In this document: piece after piece, positions 27,661 through 37,816 of the stretch
Position numbering within the stretch: the stretch's first letter is position 1
Layout of the letters: every line of letters begins with the position of its first letter
Source: Candidatus Peregrinibacteria bacterium
GTDB lineage: Bacteria > Patescibacteriota > Gracilibacteria > UBA1369
Assembly (NCBI GenBank): GCA_963708185.1
Contig: OY970195.1
Coordinates: 1,056,001-1,120,000 of the forward strand
Reading direction: 5' to 3'
Length of the DNA stretch: 64,000 nucleotides
Translations under genes and position numbers: made by a program
The notes under the pieces: generated by a model
The model's input: only the letters and a program-made list of their open reading frames with translations
What the model was told of the DNA's origin: nothing
The model's database searches: none

Positions 27661-29414
27661 ATGAAACACTTGTGGAAGCAACTTCAGGACAAAGTGAACC
27701 ATTTCTTCAAAAGAGACCCGGGCAAACCCCCCAAGAAACATCCATGGCTGATGGGCATCGCCGCCTTTTTGCTCTTTCTGATTCTTTATCTTCTCTCATC
27801 CCTGGGAACATTGAGGGTCTTTTTACCGACCTATCCCCAGTTGAGCGGGTTGCCGTTCGGTTCGAAAAACTATTTGATCGTTTTCCAGAACAACGATGAA
27901 CTGAGACCTGCCGGCGGCTTCGTTTCCTCTTTTGGTATCGCCAAGTTCCGCTACGGGATTTTTACGGGGATCGACGTTCAGGACGTATACGGTACGGTTG
28001 ATAACCACCCGTATATGGAGCCTCCCTATCCGATGAAACAGCTTTTGGCCAATCAGTTTTATCAGGGATATACCTTCCGCGACGCCAACTACAACGCCGA
28101 CTATCCAAAAAGCGCCGCCGAGCTTGTGCGCATGCTTCATCTTACCCAGCCAAATCTGCAGATCGACGGCGTTATCGCGGTCAACTATTCCTTCCTAGAG
28201 GACCTGCTTGGAGCCGTGGGATCGATGGATGTCGACGGCAAGCTTTTTACCAAGGATAATCTATTCAGCATGCTTGAATATGAGGTGAACAACGTCGACC
28301 GTCATAACGTTGAAGACCTGCAGAACCGAAAAAACATTTTGAAAGATTTTGCCCAAAGGCTTATCAAGAAAATACTGGTCAGCCCCCTGAAGCTTCGACG
28401 CGTCAGTGACACCATCGTCCACAGCCTGGCCACCAAAGAGATCCAGCTCTATTTCAACAATACCGACCTGGAAAAAATGGCCCAGGACAACGGCTGGTCG
28501 GGTGAATGGCCACAAACGCTTAACGGCGATTTTCTCGGAGTGGTCGAAGCGAACCTCGGCGGAATGAAGTCCGATCGCTACATTCAACGTAACGTGAAAT
28601 ACCACGTCAAGGTCCAGGACAATCCGGACACCGGAGAGAAAGAACTCATCGGCGAAGTGACGATCGATATCGATCATTACGGCGTGGAAGACGTTCCGAT
28701 GAACGGTGAGTATACGGGATTTTTCAGAACCTACGTACCGCGGGGAGCGACGCTTCTTGACGCTTCCAGCGACAATCCCAAAAGCTTGTGGAAACAGGAT
28801 GACGGCCTGTACACCGTTTTCGGCAACGTCGTCCGCCTGAGCCCGGCAAGTCGACCCAGCTCTCCTATAAATATAAACTTCCCGCGGACGTGCTCAAAGA
28901 CAGCCACTATCAGCTTTTTATCCCAAAGCAGTCGGGGACCGATCAGGACTACTATACGGTGATCTTTGAGGCGGAACAGGGCAACACCATCGACTCCCAG
29001 AGCTTCAAACCCAAGGAAAACGCCGCCATTTACCAGCAGGAACTGACCTCCGACGTTTCCCTGGACCTGAATGTTCTTCCGGACAAACTTCCGCCCAACG
29101 TCATCTATCAGGCCATCGAAGCCATGAACAAAATCACTATCGTTTTCAACGAAAACGTCAGCAACGAGTCGGCAGAAGATCCTTTGAACTATGAACTCAA
29201 AGATCTGGATGCCAACCATCCCGAATCCACGGACCATCTGCAGATCGACCACATCGACCACCAAGGGAAATCCGTCGTCATTTACACGAAGTACATGACA
29301 AGCCAGCCGGAGGAGCACTACCAGGTGACGCTCAAGAACATCAGCGATACCCACGGTAACGTCATCGATCCGAATCCGAAGAATATCACCGTGGTGCAGC
29401 GCCTCACAAACTGA
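27661..29414 (+). CDS. DUF4012-domain membrane-anchored protein with C-terminal Ig-like domain, apparent frameshift at CCC 28842-28844
   Basis: YLIVFQNNDELRPAGGF, RDANYNADYP and NLGGMKSD motifs. One added C joins SPGKSTQLSYKYKLP to ORF 28890-29414. Confidence 0.8.
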
Positions 29415-29509
29415 GGTTTTCTTCTTCACGGTGAAAGGTTGCAGCGCTTGCCTCTTCAAGAAAAACATTCTATGATGAGCCCCTTTCAACTTTTTTACCC
29501 TCTTTTGGC

Positions 29510-30319
29510 ATGACGGAAAATGGAGAAGAGCAAAGCGGCACCTTCATTATTGAAGACGTTGAAAATTTCATAAGTTCTGAACGGGCTACCTACCTTCCTG
29601 ATATCACCAGGGCCACTTTCCAGAGGATCGGCAAAGGGATGGATCGCCTGACAAAACTTTTCGGCGACGTGTTTTATCACAAGCCCGGAAGAAAATCCAA
29701 AGACGTCGTTTTCGTCGAAGAAATTTACCAGTCACTGCTCAACGGAGAGATCGATGACGGCGAGTGCATGGTCGGCCACATCTTCGCCCGGACTGAAGGT
29801 ATGACGGACCGCATTTTTTTCAGTACGCCAAAATCATTGATTCTTTTCGGCTGCGAACCTCAAAGGATTACAAAGGAACATCCTGAACCCCGGCATCCGC
29901 TCCTGATGCTGCTCGACCCAAAAGAGGGCATGTTCCTGAGGCCTTCTGCCGCTTCTACATTGAATTTCGGGCAGATCGTTTTTGACCGGTGCGGAGTGAC
30001 TGAAGACCGGGCCACCCCTTATGCTTTTGACCAGGAGGAGAAAAAAGTATGGAAAAAACACCTGGAACGCTGGCGGATCGATGATAAAGACATGGACGGA
30101 ATGAGAAAGATTTTCGGTTTGAGCATTCTGGAACTTCTGCGTTGGAAACACCGCAACGAACCCCAACCCGCTCCCCATATTGTCAGCTACGCCGATTTTC
30201 ATCGCAGGCTCTTTGACGCTTCCCATTCGGTGAGCGCAGGTCTTAACGCGGTCAACGGTCTCATCGAAAAAAAGTTCGGAGGCGGGCCCGATAAACCCGA
30301 TTCCTATAAGACTTACTAA
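29510..30319 (+). CDS. Hypothetical protein
   Basis: 269-aa open frame; no recognisable motif. Confidence 0.65.
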   Translation: MTENGEEQSGTFIIEDVENFISSERATYLPDITRATFQRIGKGMDRLTKLFGDVFYHKPGRKSKDVVFVEEIYQSLLNGEIDDGECMVGHIFARTEGMTDRIFFSTPKSLILFGCEPQRITKEHPEPRHPLLMLLDPKEGMFLRPSAASTLNFGQIVFDRCGVTEDRATPYAFDQEEKKVWKKHLERWRIDDKDMDGMRKIFGLSILELLRWKHRNEPQPAPHIVSYADFHRRLFDASHSVSAGLNAVNGLIEKKFGGGPDKPDSYKTY

Positions 30320-30383
30320 TTGCCGCTTGAGAGTTGGAAGGCCTTCCTCTACAATGGGGCCATCTCTTGGATTTGCCCCTTTG

Positions 30384-32180
30384 ATGGATAAAATCGCCGT
30401 TTTAGATTTCGGAGGACAGTACGCACATCTCATCGCGAACCGAGTGCGGCGTCTGGGGGTGTTCAGCGAAATTTTCGACGGGGAGATGCCGGCGGAAAAG
30501 CTGAAAGACTACAAGGGAATTATTTTTTCGGGAGGTCCGCAGAGCGTGTATGAACACGATTCCGTGAAATGCGATCCGAAGATTCTTGAACTCGGCGTGC
30601 CGATTCTGGGTATTTGTTACGGCCATCAGCTTTTGGCATATATCCAGGGCGCGCAGGTCGAGCCAGCACAATTGCGCGAATACGGTTTGACTGAAATGAA
30701 GGTTCTCAAAGCTGAAGGCGTTTTCAAGGGTCTCGACCCCATTGAAACCGTATGGATGAGCCACGGCGACTCGGTGAAGGAACTTCCTCCCGGCTACGAG
30801 GTCATCGGCCAAACGCCGGGCGAACACGCCGCCATCGCCAATTTTTCCAAAAATTTCTACGGGTTCCAGTTCCACGTCGAGGTCGCCCATACCGTCCACG
30901 GGATGAAAATCCTTCAAAATTTTCTGGATATCTGCGGAGCCCATTCGTCCTGGAAGATCGACGATTTCATCTCGCAGGAGATCGATGCCATTCGTCAAAA
31001 GGTCGGCGACAAGAAAGTTTTCATGATGGTGAGCGGCGGCGTTGATTCCACCGTCGCCTTTGCGTTGCTGGAAAAAACGCTGGGAGCCGACCGCGTCTAC
31101 GGACTCTTTGTGGATACCGGTTTTTTGCGAATGAATGAACGCAAACAGGTGGAAACGGCCCTGCAGTCAGTGGGATTCGCCAATCTGCATATCCGTGACG
31201 AAAGCAAAAGATTTTTTGAATCTTTGAAAGAAAAATATGATCCCGAAGCGAAGAGAAAAATTATCGGCGATCTTTTCCTGGAGGTCCAGCAAGACGTCGT
31301 CAATGAACTCAAGCTCAATCCCGATGAATGGCTTTTGGGCCAGGGAACCATTTACCCCGACACCATCGAAACCGGCGGCACCAAGCACGCGGCAAAGATC
31401 AAAACCCACCACAACCGCGTTCCCCAGATCGAAGAACTGATGAAACAAGGGCGTATTATCGAACCGCTTTCCCAGCTTTATAAAGACGAAGTCCGCGAGG
31501 TCGGTGAAAAACTGGGGCTTCCATCCGCCATGGTGTGGCGACATCCCTTCCCCGGTCCGGGACTGGCAGTCCGCTGCTTGTGCGCACAGGAAGAAAAGTA
31601 TCCCGCCCACCACACACTCATCGAAAAAAAGATCGACGAATTCCTGAAGCCTCATCGCCTGACCAGCAAGATCTTGCCGATCCAGAGCGTGGGAGTCCAG
31701 GGGGATTACCGTACGTACAGCCATCCTTTAGTGCTCATCGGACAAGCCGACTTTTCCGTTTTGGACGAACTTGCCACGCAGCTGATTAACCAGTTCAAAG
31801 ATATCAACAGGGTCATCCTGATGCTCGCTCCCAATACGATCGACACCCTTAAAGTTCAAAAAGAATATCTGACGTCCAGCCGCATCCACTTGCTTCAACA
31901 GGCAGACGCAAAGGTTTCCGCGTTCCTGATCAAACACAACCTCCAGCGACAGATCTGGCAATTTCCAACGGTTTTGCTGCCCTTGAGCGTCAATAGGGAA
32001 AGCGGAGAATCCATCGTGCTCCGTCCCGTCAGTTCCGAAGAAGCCATGACCGCAAGCTTTTACCGCATTGATCCGGGCATCCTTCAGGAACTTTCGGAAA
32101 GCATTGCCAAAATTCCGGGCATCACCTCGGTATTTTATGACGTCACGAACAAACCTCCCGGCACTATCGAGTGGGAATGA
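30384..32180 (+). CDS. guaA: GMP synthase (glutamine-hydrolysing)
   Basis: LDFGGQY, GICYGHQ, WMSHGD, SGGVDS, GTIYPD, KTHHN, HPFPGPGL and KPPGTIEWE motifs. Confidence 0.97.
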   Translation: MDKIAVLDFGGQYAHLIANRVRRLGVFSEIFDGEMPAEKLKDYKGIIFSGGPQSVYEHDSVKCDPKILELGVPILGICYGHQLLAYIQGAQVEPAQLREYGLTEMKVLKAEGVFKGLDPIETVWMSHGDSVKELPPGYEVIGQTPGEHAAIANFSKNFYGFQFHVEVAHTVHGMKILQNFLDICGAHSSWKIDDFISQEIDAIRQKVGDKKVFMMVSGGVDSTVAFALLEKTLGADRVYGLFVDTGFLRMNERKQVETALQSVGFANLHIRDESKRFFESLKEKYDPEAKRKIIGDLFLEVQQDVVNELKLNPDEWLLGQGTIYPDTIETGGTKHAAKIKTHHNRVPQIEELMKQGRIIEPLSQLYKDEVREVGEKLGLPSAMVWRHPFPGPGLAVRCLCAQEEKYPAHHTLIEKKIDEFLKPHRLTSKILPIQSVGVQGDYRTYSHPLVLIGQADFSVLDELATQLINQFKDINRVILMLAPNTIDTLKVQKEYLTSSRIHLLQQADAKVSAFLIKHNLQRQIWQFPTVLLPLSVNRESGESIVLRPVSSEEAMTASFYRIDPGILQELSESIAKIPGITSVFYDVTNKPPGTIEWE

Positions 32181-32405
32181 TCATTCCTCTTCGCCCGCGC
32201 CCTCCAGTGTTTGCAACTGCCCTCCGCGAACGTGGTTCATGACGGCGGAAATTTCCTGTTCCGAAAAAAAGTAGGACTGGTCGCCGTTCCTTTCAAAACG
32301 TCTTTTGCCGGCAAGAAATTCGCCAGGAAGTTCCCATTCTTTCCCCCCTTCATTGTCCCAATCTTCGTAAAGATTTGCATTGTCGAGGCGGCTGTTTGAG
32401 CTCAT
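32181..32405 (-). CDS. Small hypothetical protein
   Basis: 74-aa ORF filling an intergenic gap. Confidence 0.4.
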   Translation of the reverse strand: MSSNSRLDNANLYEDWDNEGGKEWELPGEFLAGKRRFERNGDQSYFFSEQEISAVMNHVRGGQLQTLEGAGEEE

Positions 32406-32476
32406 GGATGGTTCATAAAAATTTGTCCTGCACTTATATAGAGAATTGGCGCAAAAAAAGCAATGGATTTTAGCGA

Positions 32477-33682
32477 TCAGGAAAGCAGCGTCATCACCAG
32501 CCCCGCCACAACAGGTATGATGACGTTATCATCGACGACCTGACTGATGTATCTGACCGTCACCGATTCGAAAACCATGCCGGCAACGCTCCCGAAAAAA
32601 GCCACCGGGAAACTGACAAAAAAGAAAGCTGCAAGTGTGGAAGCCACGATGGCCAGTGCCGTGCCCTCCAGGTGCTTGCGGGGATTAAGCGGATTTTTGA
32701 TCTTGCCGAAATACGTTCCGATGATGGTGGTTATGGCGTCACCGACTGCCATGATCGATATCGCGGCGAGGGCTATGTCCTGCTGGAAAAACTGTAAGGA
32801 CAACAATGCTCCCAGCACCAGAAAAAATGACCCTTTGCCGGGAAAACTTTTGAGATCTTCCGGACGTTCAAAAAACAGCAGCATTTTGTCGATGACCGGG
32901 ATGCGGTAAAAACGGACCAGGATCGAAAGCAGGCCTCCCAACAATAAAATTACGAAGAGTACTTGTTCATTCAAAAGCTGCAATTTCAGCAACAGAACGA
33001 TTGTCGCACCGGTGAGGACATGAGCGACCTGGCGCCTGAGTTCGAGCTTGTCTTTGACGTGATAAATGAACCATTCAAGAATCTTGTGGTGCTCCTCAAG
33101 ATAGATCCAGAATCTTGCGACCGCGTAGCCCACCATGCCCCCCAGAATAAGGTCGCTCAGATAATGTACCCCAAGGTAGAGACGGCTTAAAGCAATCGTC
33201 AGGATGATGGCTTTGCTTAAGATCTGGAGTTTTTTTGTCGGAAAAATTCTGGGGAGAAAAGGCCAGAGAGAAAAACAGAAAGCCGTATGGAGACTGGGCA
33301 TTGAAAATCCCGAAGCCTGGGTCAGGGGGATGGTCGCAACCACGGCGGCCGCGTAAGGACGCGGCGTCTGGAAAAGGACTTTTGCCAGATAGCTGATTTC
33401 AAGCGCCGTCCCTCCCGTCAAACCGACCAGGAAAAAATCCTGGAATTTTTTGTTCTTGAGAAGATAAAATATAAGGACGATAAAACAGTAGAGCATGCCG
33501 AAATCCGTCATGAACAGCATAAAAGCGTCCAGCGGGTACACGCGCAGCGCCCCAACGATTTTCAACACGGCGTCGTCGGCAAAAAGCGCGAGGTACAAAG
33601 CGATGAGTCCCGCGAGCATCCCCCACTTCTCGATGGAGGAAAAGACAGGTTTTACGAAATATTGGCGAAGCGTTGTGAACAT
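32477..33682 (-). CDS. PAP2 phosphatase fused to a dolichol/polyprenol kinase-like (CTP_transf_1) domain
   Basis: PAP2 motifs KVLFQTPRP, SMPSLH and SRLYLGVHYLSD, then ELRRQVAH, VGDAITTIIG..FG, NPRKHLEG and DDNVIIP. Confidence 0.85.
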   Translation of the reverse strand: MFTTLRQYFVKPVFSSIEKWGMLAGLIALYLALFADDAVLKIVGALRVYPLDAFMLFMTDFGMLYCFIVLIFYLLKNKKFQDFFLVGLTGGTALEISYLAKVLFQTPRPYAAAVVATIPLTQASGFSMPSLHTAFCFSLWPFLPRIFPTKKLQILSKAIILTIALSRLYLGVHYLSDLILGGMVGYAVARFWIYLEEHHKILEWFIYHVKDKLELRRQVAHVLTGATIVLLLKLQLLNEQVLFVILLLGGLLSILVRFYRIPVIDKMLLFFERPEDLKSFPGKGSFFLVLGALLSLQFFQQDIALAAISIMAVGDAITTIIGTYFGKIKNPLNPRKHLEGTALAIVASTLAAFFFVSFPVAFFGSVAGMVFESVTVRYISQVVDDNVIIPVVAGLVMTLLS

Positions 33683-33691
33683 TGCAGGTCA

Positions 33692-34519
33692 TTAAACGGA
33701 TTTTTGACCGGACAGATCAACGTGCCTGACATCTTCAAGCTCGTGCTCAAAAAATTCACTCCCCATGGTCTTGAATTTTTCCGGATCGTTCGTGGTGAGG
33801 TAGACTCTTTTGCCTTTTCTCGTGAGCTCTTTTTGGATCTCGGGGTGTCGCCGAAGATAGTCTTTGAGGCTTTCGGCAAGGATCGGGCCCGGGTTGAGCA
33901 CGTGAACGTTCTTTCCCATGATGCGCTGAAAATCTTTATAAAGAAACGGATAATGCGTGCATGCGAGAATCAAGGTATCGACATTGTGCGTTTTTAAAGA
34001 ACGCAGATATTTTTTGAGGATCATTCTGGTTTCCGGTTTCTTGTGCCAGTGTTCCTCAATGAGCGGGACCAGCAAAGGACAGGCCTGTTTGGCTATCTTA
34101 ACGTCCGGGCGAAGATGCGCGAGCTCATGTTCGAAACTCTTACTTTCAATGGTGCTTTTTGTCCCCACTACGCCGATTTTCCCACTGTGAGAAATCTTTA
34201 CCGCAGCTTCGACCTGGGGTTTGATCACACCGAGAATCTTGCGATCGGTGACATTGGGTTTGCGGAGATACTTTTCCTGCAAATGTCTCAACACGTTCGA
34301 TGACGCAGTATTGCAGGCGATGATGATCAGTGCGCAGCCTTGGTCGAAAAGATATTCCACCGCCTGTTCGGCAAAATGAATCAGTGTCTCCGTGGAACGG
34401 TTCCCGTAGGGCGCACGGGCGTTGTCGCCGAGGTACATGTAGTCGTATTCGGGCAGTTCTTTCAAAAAGTCCTTCAAAATGGTAAGTCCGCCGTATCCTG
34501 AATCGAAAACGCCAATCAC
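33692..34519 (-). CDS. murI: Glutamate racemase
   Basis: IGVFDSGYGGLT, PYGNRS, IACNTAS and LACTHYP motifs; GTG start at 34519. Confidence 0.96.
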   Translation of the reverse strand: MIGVFDSGYGGLTILKDFLKELPEYDYMYLGDNARAPYGNRSTETLIHFAEQAVEYLFDQGCALIIIACNTASSNVLRHLQEKYLRKPNVTDRKILGVIKPQVEAAVKISHSGKIGVVGTKSTIESKSFEHELAHLRPDVKIAKQACPLLVPLIEEHWHKKPETRMILKKYLRSLKTHNVDTLILACTHYPFLYKDFQRIMGKNVHVLNPGPILAESLKDYLRRHPEIQKELTRKGKRVYLTTNDPEKFKTMGSEFFEHELEDVRHVDLSGQKSV

Positions 34520-34658
34520 GGGTTGAGAAAAAAAAGTAAGAAGAAAGAAGTTGCAAGAAGAATCCGGGGCAATTGTAGAGTTTCCGTGTGAGTATGCAAA
34601 GAGATTTCCTTTTTTTGGTGAATTTTTGTACACTGTAGGCCAGTATGTTTTTTTGTTT

Positions 34659-35399
34659 ATGGAAAAAGAAGGTTTCAGCTGGAAAGTACAGGCCACCTTT
34701 GTGATCACCGGAATCCTTGTGGGGGTTTTGGTGACGGCGCAGTTCAGAAGTTCGATCCCGGCAAGTTCCTATCCATACGACGAATACAAGGTTCAGCAGG
34801 ATCTGATCAAAAGCTATACCGATGATCAGGCCGTTTTGAAGACCAAAATCCTGAATCTGCGTAAACAGATCGATGACAAGCAAAAACAGTCCGGAACCGC
34901 CGTCCAGAAAACAAACCTGGACGTCCTTGAACAGTTGAAAAACGAAATAGGCCTGGCCACGGCTAAAGGTGACGGCATCGAAGTAACGCTCAACGACAGC
35001 CCTTTTGCCCAGCGCGCCTCCAGCGACGGCTCTGAGCAGTTTCTTATCCATGCCGCCGACCTGCGTGACGTCGTCAACCTTGCTTTCAGCGGCCAGGCCG
35101 ATGCCGTCGCCATCAACGGTCAGCGCGTCATAGCTTCCACGCCGATCACTTCCGTCGGAAATACCATTCTCGTCAATAACTTCCATGTCCTTCCACCCTT
35201 CACGATTACCGTGATCGGCGAACAGGATCTTTTGCTCCAGCGCTTCAACGACCCGACGACGCTGACCGATCTGAATAAGCGCGCTAAAAACCAGAAAATA
35301 ACCTATACGTTCGAGGCAAAACCCAACCTCGTCATCCCCGTGTATAGTGGAGATTTCCGCCTGAAATACGTCCAAGCCGTTAACGACACGATGCCATGA
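34659..35399 (+). CDS. DUF881-family protein (YlxX/YlxW-like)
   Basis: TM segment plus coiled coil, G.GIEVTLND, IHAADLRDVVN and AVAINGQRV...GNTILVN motifs. Confidence 0.88.
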   Translation: MEKEGFSWKVQATFVITGILVGVLVTAQFRSSIPASSYPYDEYKVQQDLIKSYTDDQAVLKTKILNLRKQIDDKQKQSGTAVQKTNLDVLEQLKNEIGLATAKGDGIEVTLNDSPFAQRASSDGSEQFLIHAADLRDVVNLAFSGQADAVAINGQRVIASTPITSVGNTILVNNFHVLPPFTITVIGEQDLLLQRFNDPTTLTDLNKRAKNQKITYTFEAKPNLVIPVYSGDFRLKYVQAVNDTMP

Positions 35400-36037
35400 A
35401 ATACAAAGTAAAATATCGTGATTTAACGATCATCATCACCGGCATCCTTCTCGGATTCCTCGTTGTGCTGCAGTCACGGTCTTTCGGGGACGTTCAGAAC
35501 CAGATAGGGCGCGACAGCCGTGCCAACGTGTTCCGTGAAATTCAGATCCTCAAAGACACCAACCAGAACCTGGGCGATGAAATCACGGATCTTGAAACAC
35601 AACTCGACCAGGCGTCGAACCAGGAACAGGCCCTCAAGGGCATCCAGGATGAAATCCAGAAAGATAAGGTCATTGCCGGACATGTTGACGTAAGCGGCCC
35701 CGGCGTCGAACTCACCGTGAAAAACGTTCTGCCCGCCCTGTGGTTTACCGACATCGTCAATGAAATGTGGTCGGCCGGAGCAGAAGCCGTGAGCGTCAAT
35801 GACATCCGACTTACGAATACGACTATCGGTTTCGATACCCTGCCCAACGGACAGATCTCACTCAACGGAGTGATTCTCACCGCGCCGTACCGCTTTGACG
35901 CCATCGGCGATAAAAAGACGCTTGATGACGCATTGAGCCAAACCGGCGGAATTATCCAGAGGATAAGAGACAGCATTGCGGGCGTCGACGTAAGCATCGA
36001 TCAAAAAGACCTCGTCCAGATGGTTAAAGTCATCTAA
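35396..36037 (+). CDS. DUF881-family protein (YlxX/YlxW-like)
   Basis: GPGVELT, DIVNEMWSAGAEAVSVNDIR and PY...AIGD motifs; ATGA overlap with the upstream paralog. Confidence 0.88.
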   Translation: MKYKVKYRDLTIIITGILLGFLVVLQSRSFGDVQNQIGRDSRANVFREIQILKDTNQNLGDEITDLETQLDQASNQEQALKGIQDEIQKDKVIAGHVDVSGPGVELTVKNVLPALWFTDIVNEMWSAGAEAVSVNDIRLTNTTIGFDTLPNGQISLNGVILTAPYRFDAIGDKKTLDDALSQTGGIIQRIRDSIAGVDVSIDQKDLVQMVKVI

Positions 36038-36049
36038 CTCTTTTCCCGA

Positions 36050-36742
36050 CTATTTTATCGGAAAAAGGAACCAAAGCGGTTGAAGCAGAAGGAGAATAAA
36101 CAACAGAATGAGATAGATTCTTTTATTGAACCTTTCCTCGCGGTAGTTATTCATCGTCATCTCAAGTTCCATGACCTGACTATCAAGATCCTTGCGTAAA
36201 CGGCCCTTTTCGGCCTGTTCGTTGGCCAGGTCGCGCTTGTGGTCGAGAAGAGGCACACTCTCTTTTAAACTGGCCTCCAATTGCCCCACACGGTAATTCG
36301 CCATCTCCAGGCGCTGTTCCTTTTCGCGGAGTTCGTTCTTCAGCTCCTCGTAAAGCTTTTTATACACTTCAACATCCTCATCAACGCTGTGATTATTTGG
36401 CCTTTGCGTGCTTTTTTTCGGCATTTCGCGAACTTCGATGGTTCCGTCTTCGGACTCAACGGCGTGGAAGGTATTTCCCTCACTGTCTATCGACATGTCG
36501 ACTGGGATGATATCCTCTTTGTCGATAGACATTCGTGCTGTCGACATGTCGACAGCATTGTCGACTCTTCTTTGAGCCTTTAACTGCTTTATCTCTTTTC
36601 TATCCAGCCAAATCCTTCCGTCTCTCCGCTCATGCGACAGCTTACTCGAAGAGATATATCTGTCTACTGTCCTGACGGATATCTTTAGAAGCCTGCTAGC
36701 GGTTTTTCGATCAATATCGTACATAGTGGATACATGAGACAA
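36050..36742 (-). CDS. HTH (MerR/excisionase-like) DNA-binding protein with coiled coil and C-terminal TM helix
   Basis: IDRKTASRLLKISVRTVDRYISSSKL HTH, heptad-rich LYEELKNELREKEQRLE..., and a hydrophobic tail IYLILLFILLLLQPLWFLF. The start could be a few codons later. Confidence 0.8.
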   Translation of the reverse strand: MSHVSTMYDIDRKTASRLLKISVRTVDRYISSSKLSHERRDGRIWLDRKEIKQLKAQRRVDNAVDMSTARMSIDKEDIIPVDMSIDSEGNTFHAVESEDGTIEVREMPKKSTQRPNNHSVDEDVEVYKKLYEELKNELREKEQRLEMANYRVGQLEASLKESVPLLDHKRDLANEQAEKGRLRKDLDSQVMELEMTMNNYREERFNKRIYLILLFILLLLQPLWFLFPIK

Positions 36743-36933
36743 ACACTACCTAACGTCTATAGACATAAAATTGACATCGAGGAGACACTGTCGACATCGA
36801 TTTTAAGCCATCGGGAGACATTAGTCCAGGGTCTTCTTTCAAAAATACGTCGATTCCGCGTCCCTCCTTGCTTCGGCGCTGTCAATGTCGACTCGTCGTG
36901 TCTACCTTCTGTCTATGGACACGTCTATAGACA
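36484..36933. repeat. Array of palindromic TGTC-N4-GACA and TGTCGACA motifs
   Basis: 12-mers at 36484, 36520, 36754, 36910 and 36922; TGTCGAC(A) at 36496, 36539, 36547, 36559, 36789 and 36886; perfect 22-bp palindrome at 36536-36557. Confidence 0.85.
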
Positions 36934-37072
36934 CCTCAAAAAGAGTCAAATAGCTCCCGGTACCTTCACGAAAAAATTACCTCAAAAACCTGAAAAATCT
37001 TCCGGGATCTTCGCTATAAATTCCCAACCGCGACGAGTTTACTTTTTTTTGATTTTGATTATAATTCTAACT

Positions 37073-37816
37073 ATGGCTGTGCTGAAAAAAATAAAAATTT
37101 ATCTTCTGCTAACGACACTCAGTCTGGGTAGTATTCCGCTTACATATGCGGAAAGTTCGGCAAATACCGGTCTCTTCATCACTCGCGGGGAAGCCGTTCA
37201 CGATATTGTCGATACTTTTGATTTGAAAACAAAAAATGCTCAGTTCATCAAACAATGCCTTGATCACCTCGATGAATGTTTCTTCGTATTTACGGCCATG
37301 ACCCGCTATTACCAGGTCAGTCTTGACCCGATGCAGCTTTACCCGGACGTGACGTACGCTTACCGGTATGCCAGCGATATCAACATCGCCACCATGCTCG
37401 GGCTCGTCCACGGCAACATCGACGAAAAAAACAGCCCTTTCTACCCGCGTTCCTACATGACGAGAATACAGGCCTTGAAAGTCATTCTGGGGGCAGCCGA
37501 CCTTATGGATTGGCGTGAGAAATTCGAACTGGTAAGGGATTTGGGCAATGAAGACGCCTTGCGCAACCAGACAAGCCCTTTCAAAGACGTTTCCGCGCTT
37601 CCGAACGACACCTGGTGGTATCCACGATATGTGAATTTTGCTCTTGATGTCGGCATCATCGATGCGGGACAATACTTCCGCCCGGATGAAGCCATCACCA
37701 ATGCCGAGTTCCGGGATATGCTCACACGGGCCCTCAAAGAGTCTGAAACTTTCCATGCAGCAACAAATCCTCAAGCTCAGCCATCAGCAGATTCAAGCCA
37801 GCAAGCCCTCCATTGA
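37073..37816 (+). CDS. Secreted SLH-like domain protein
   Basis: Signal peptide; ITRGEA, YPDV, TRIQALKVIL, FKDV...WWYPRYV and FRPDEAIT motifs. Confidence 0.75.
   Translation: MAVLKKIKIYLLLTTLSLGSIPLTYAESSANTGLFITRGEAVHDIVDTFDLKTKNAQFIKQCLDHLDECFFVFTAMTRYYQVSLDPMQLYPDVTYAYRYASDINIATMLGLVHGNIDEKNSPFYPRSYMTRIQALKVILGAADLMDWREKFELVRDLGNEDALRNQTSPFKDVSALPNDTWWYPRYVNFALDVGIIDAGQYFRPDEAITNAEFRDMLTRALKESETFHAATNPQAQPSADSSQQALH

Noticed and set aside
36484-36933. CRISPR array or simple cluster of SalI restriction sites
   Set aside because: There is no constant repeat length or regular spacer and no cas gene. The 12-bp TGTC-N4-GACA variants are not explained by GTCGAC alone.
36734-37072. 113-aa N-terminal extension of the SLH-like ORF
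   Set aside because: It runs across the palindrome array and promoter region; the signal peptide begins at 37073.
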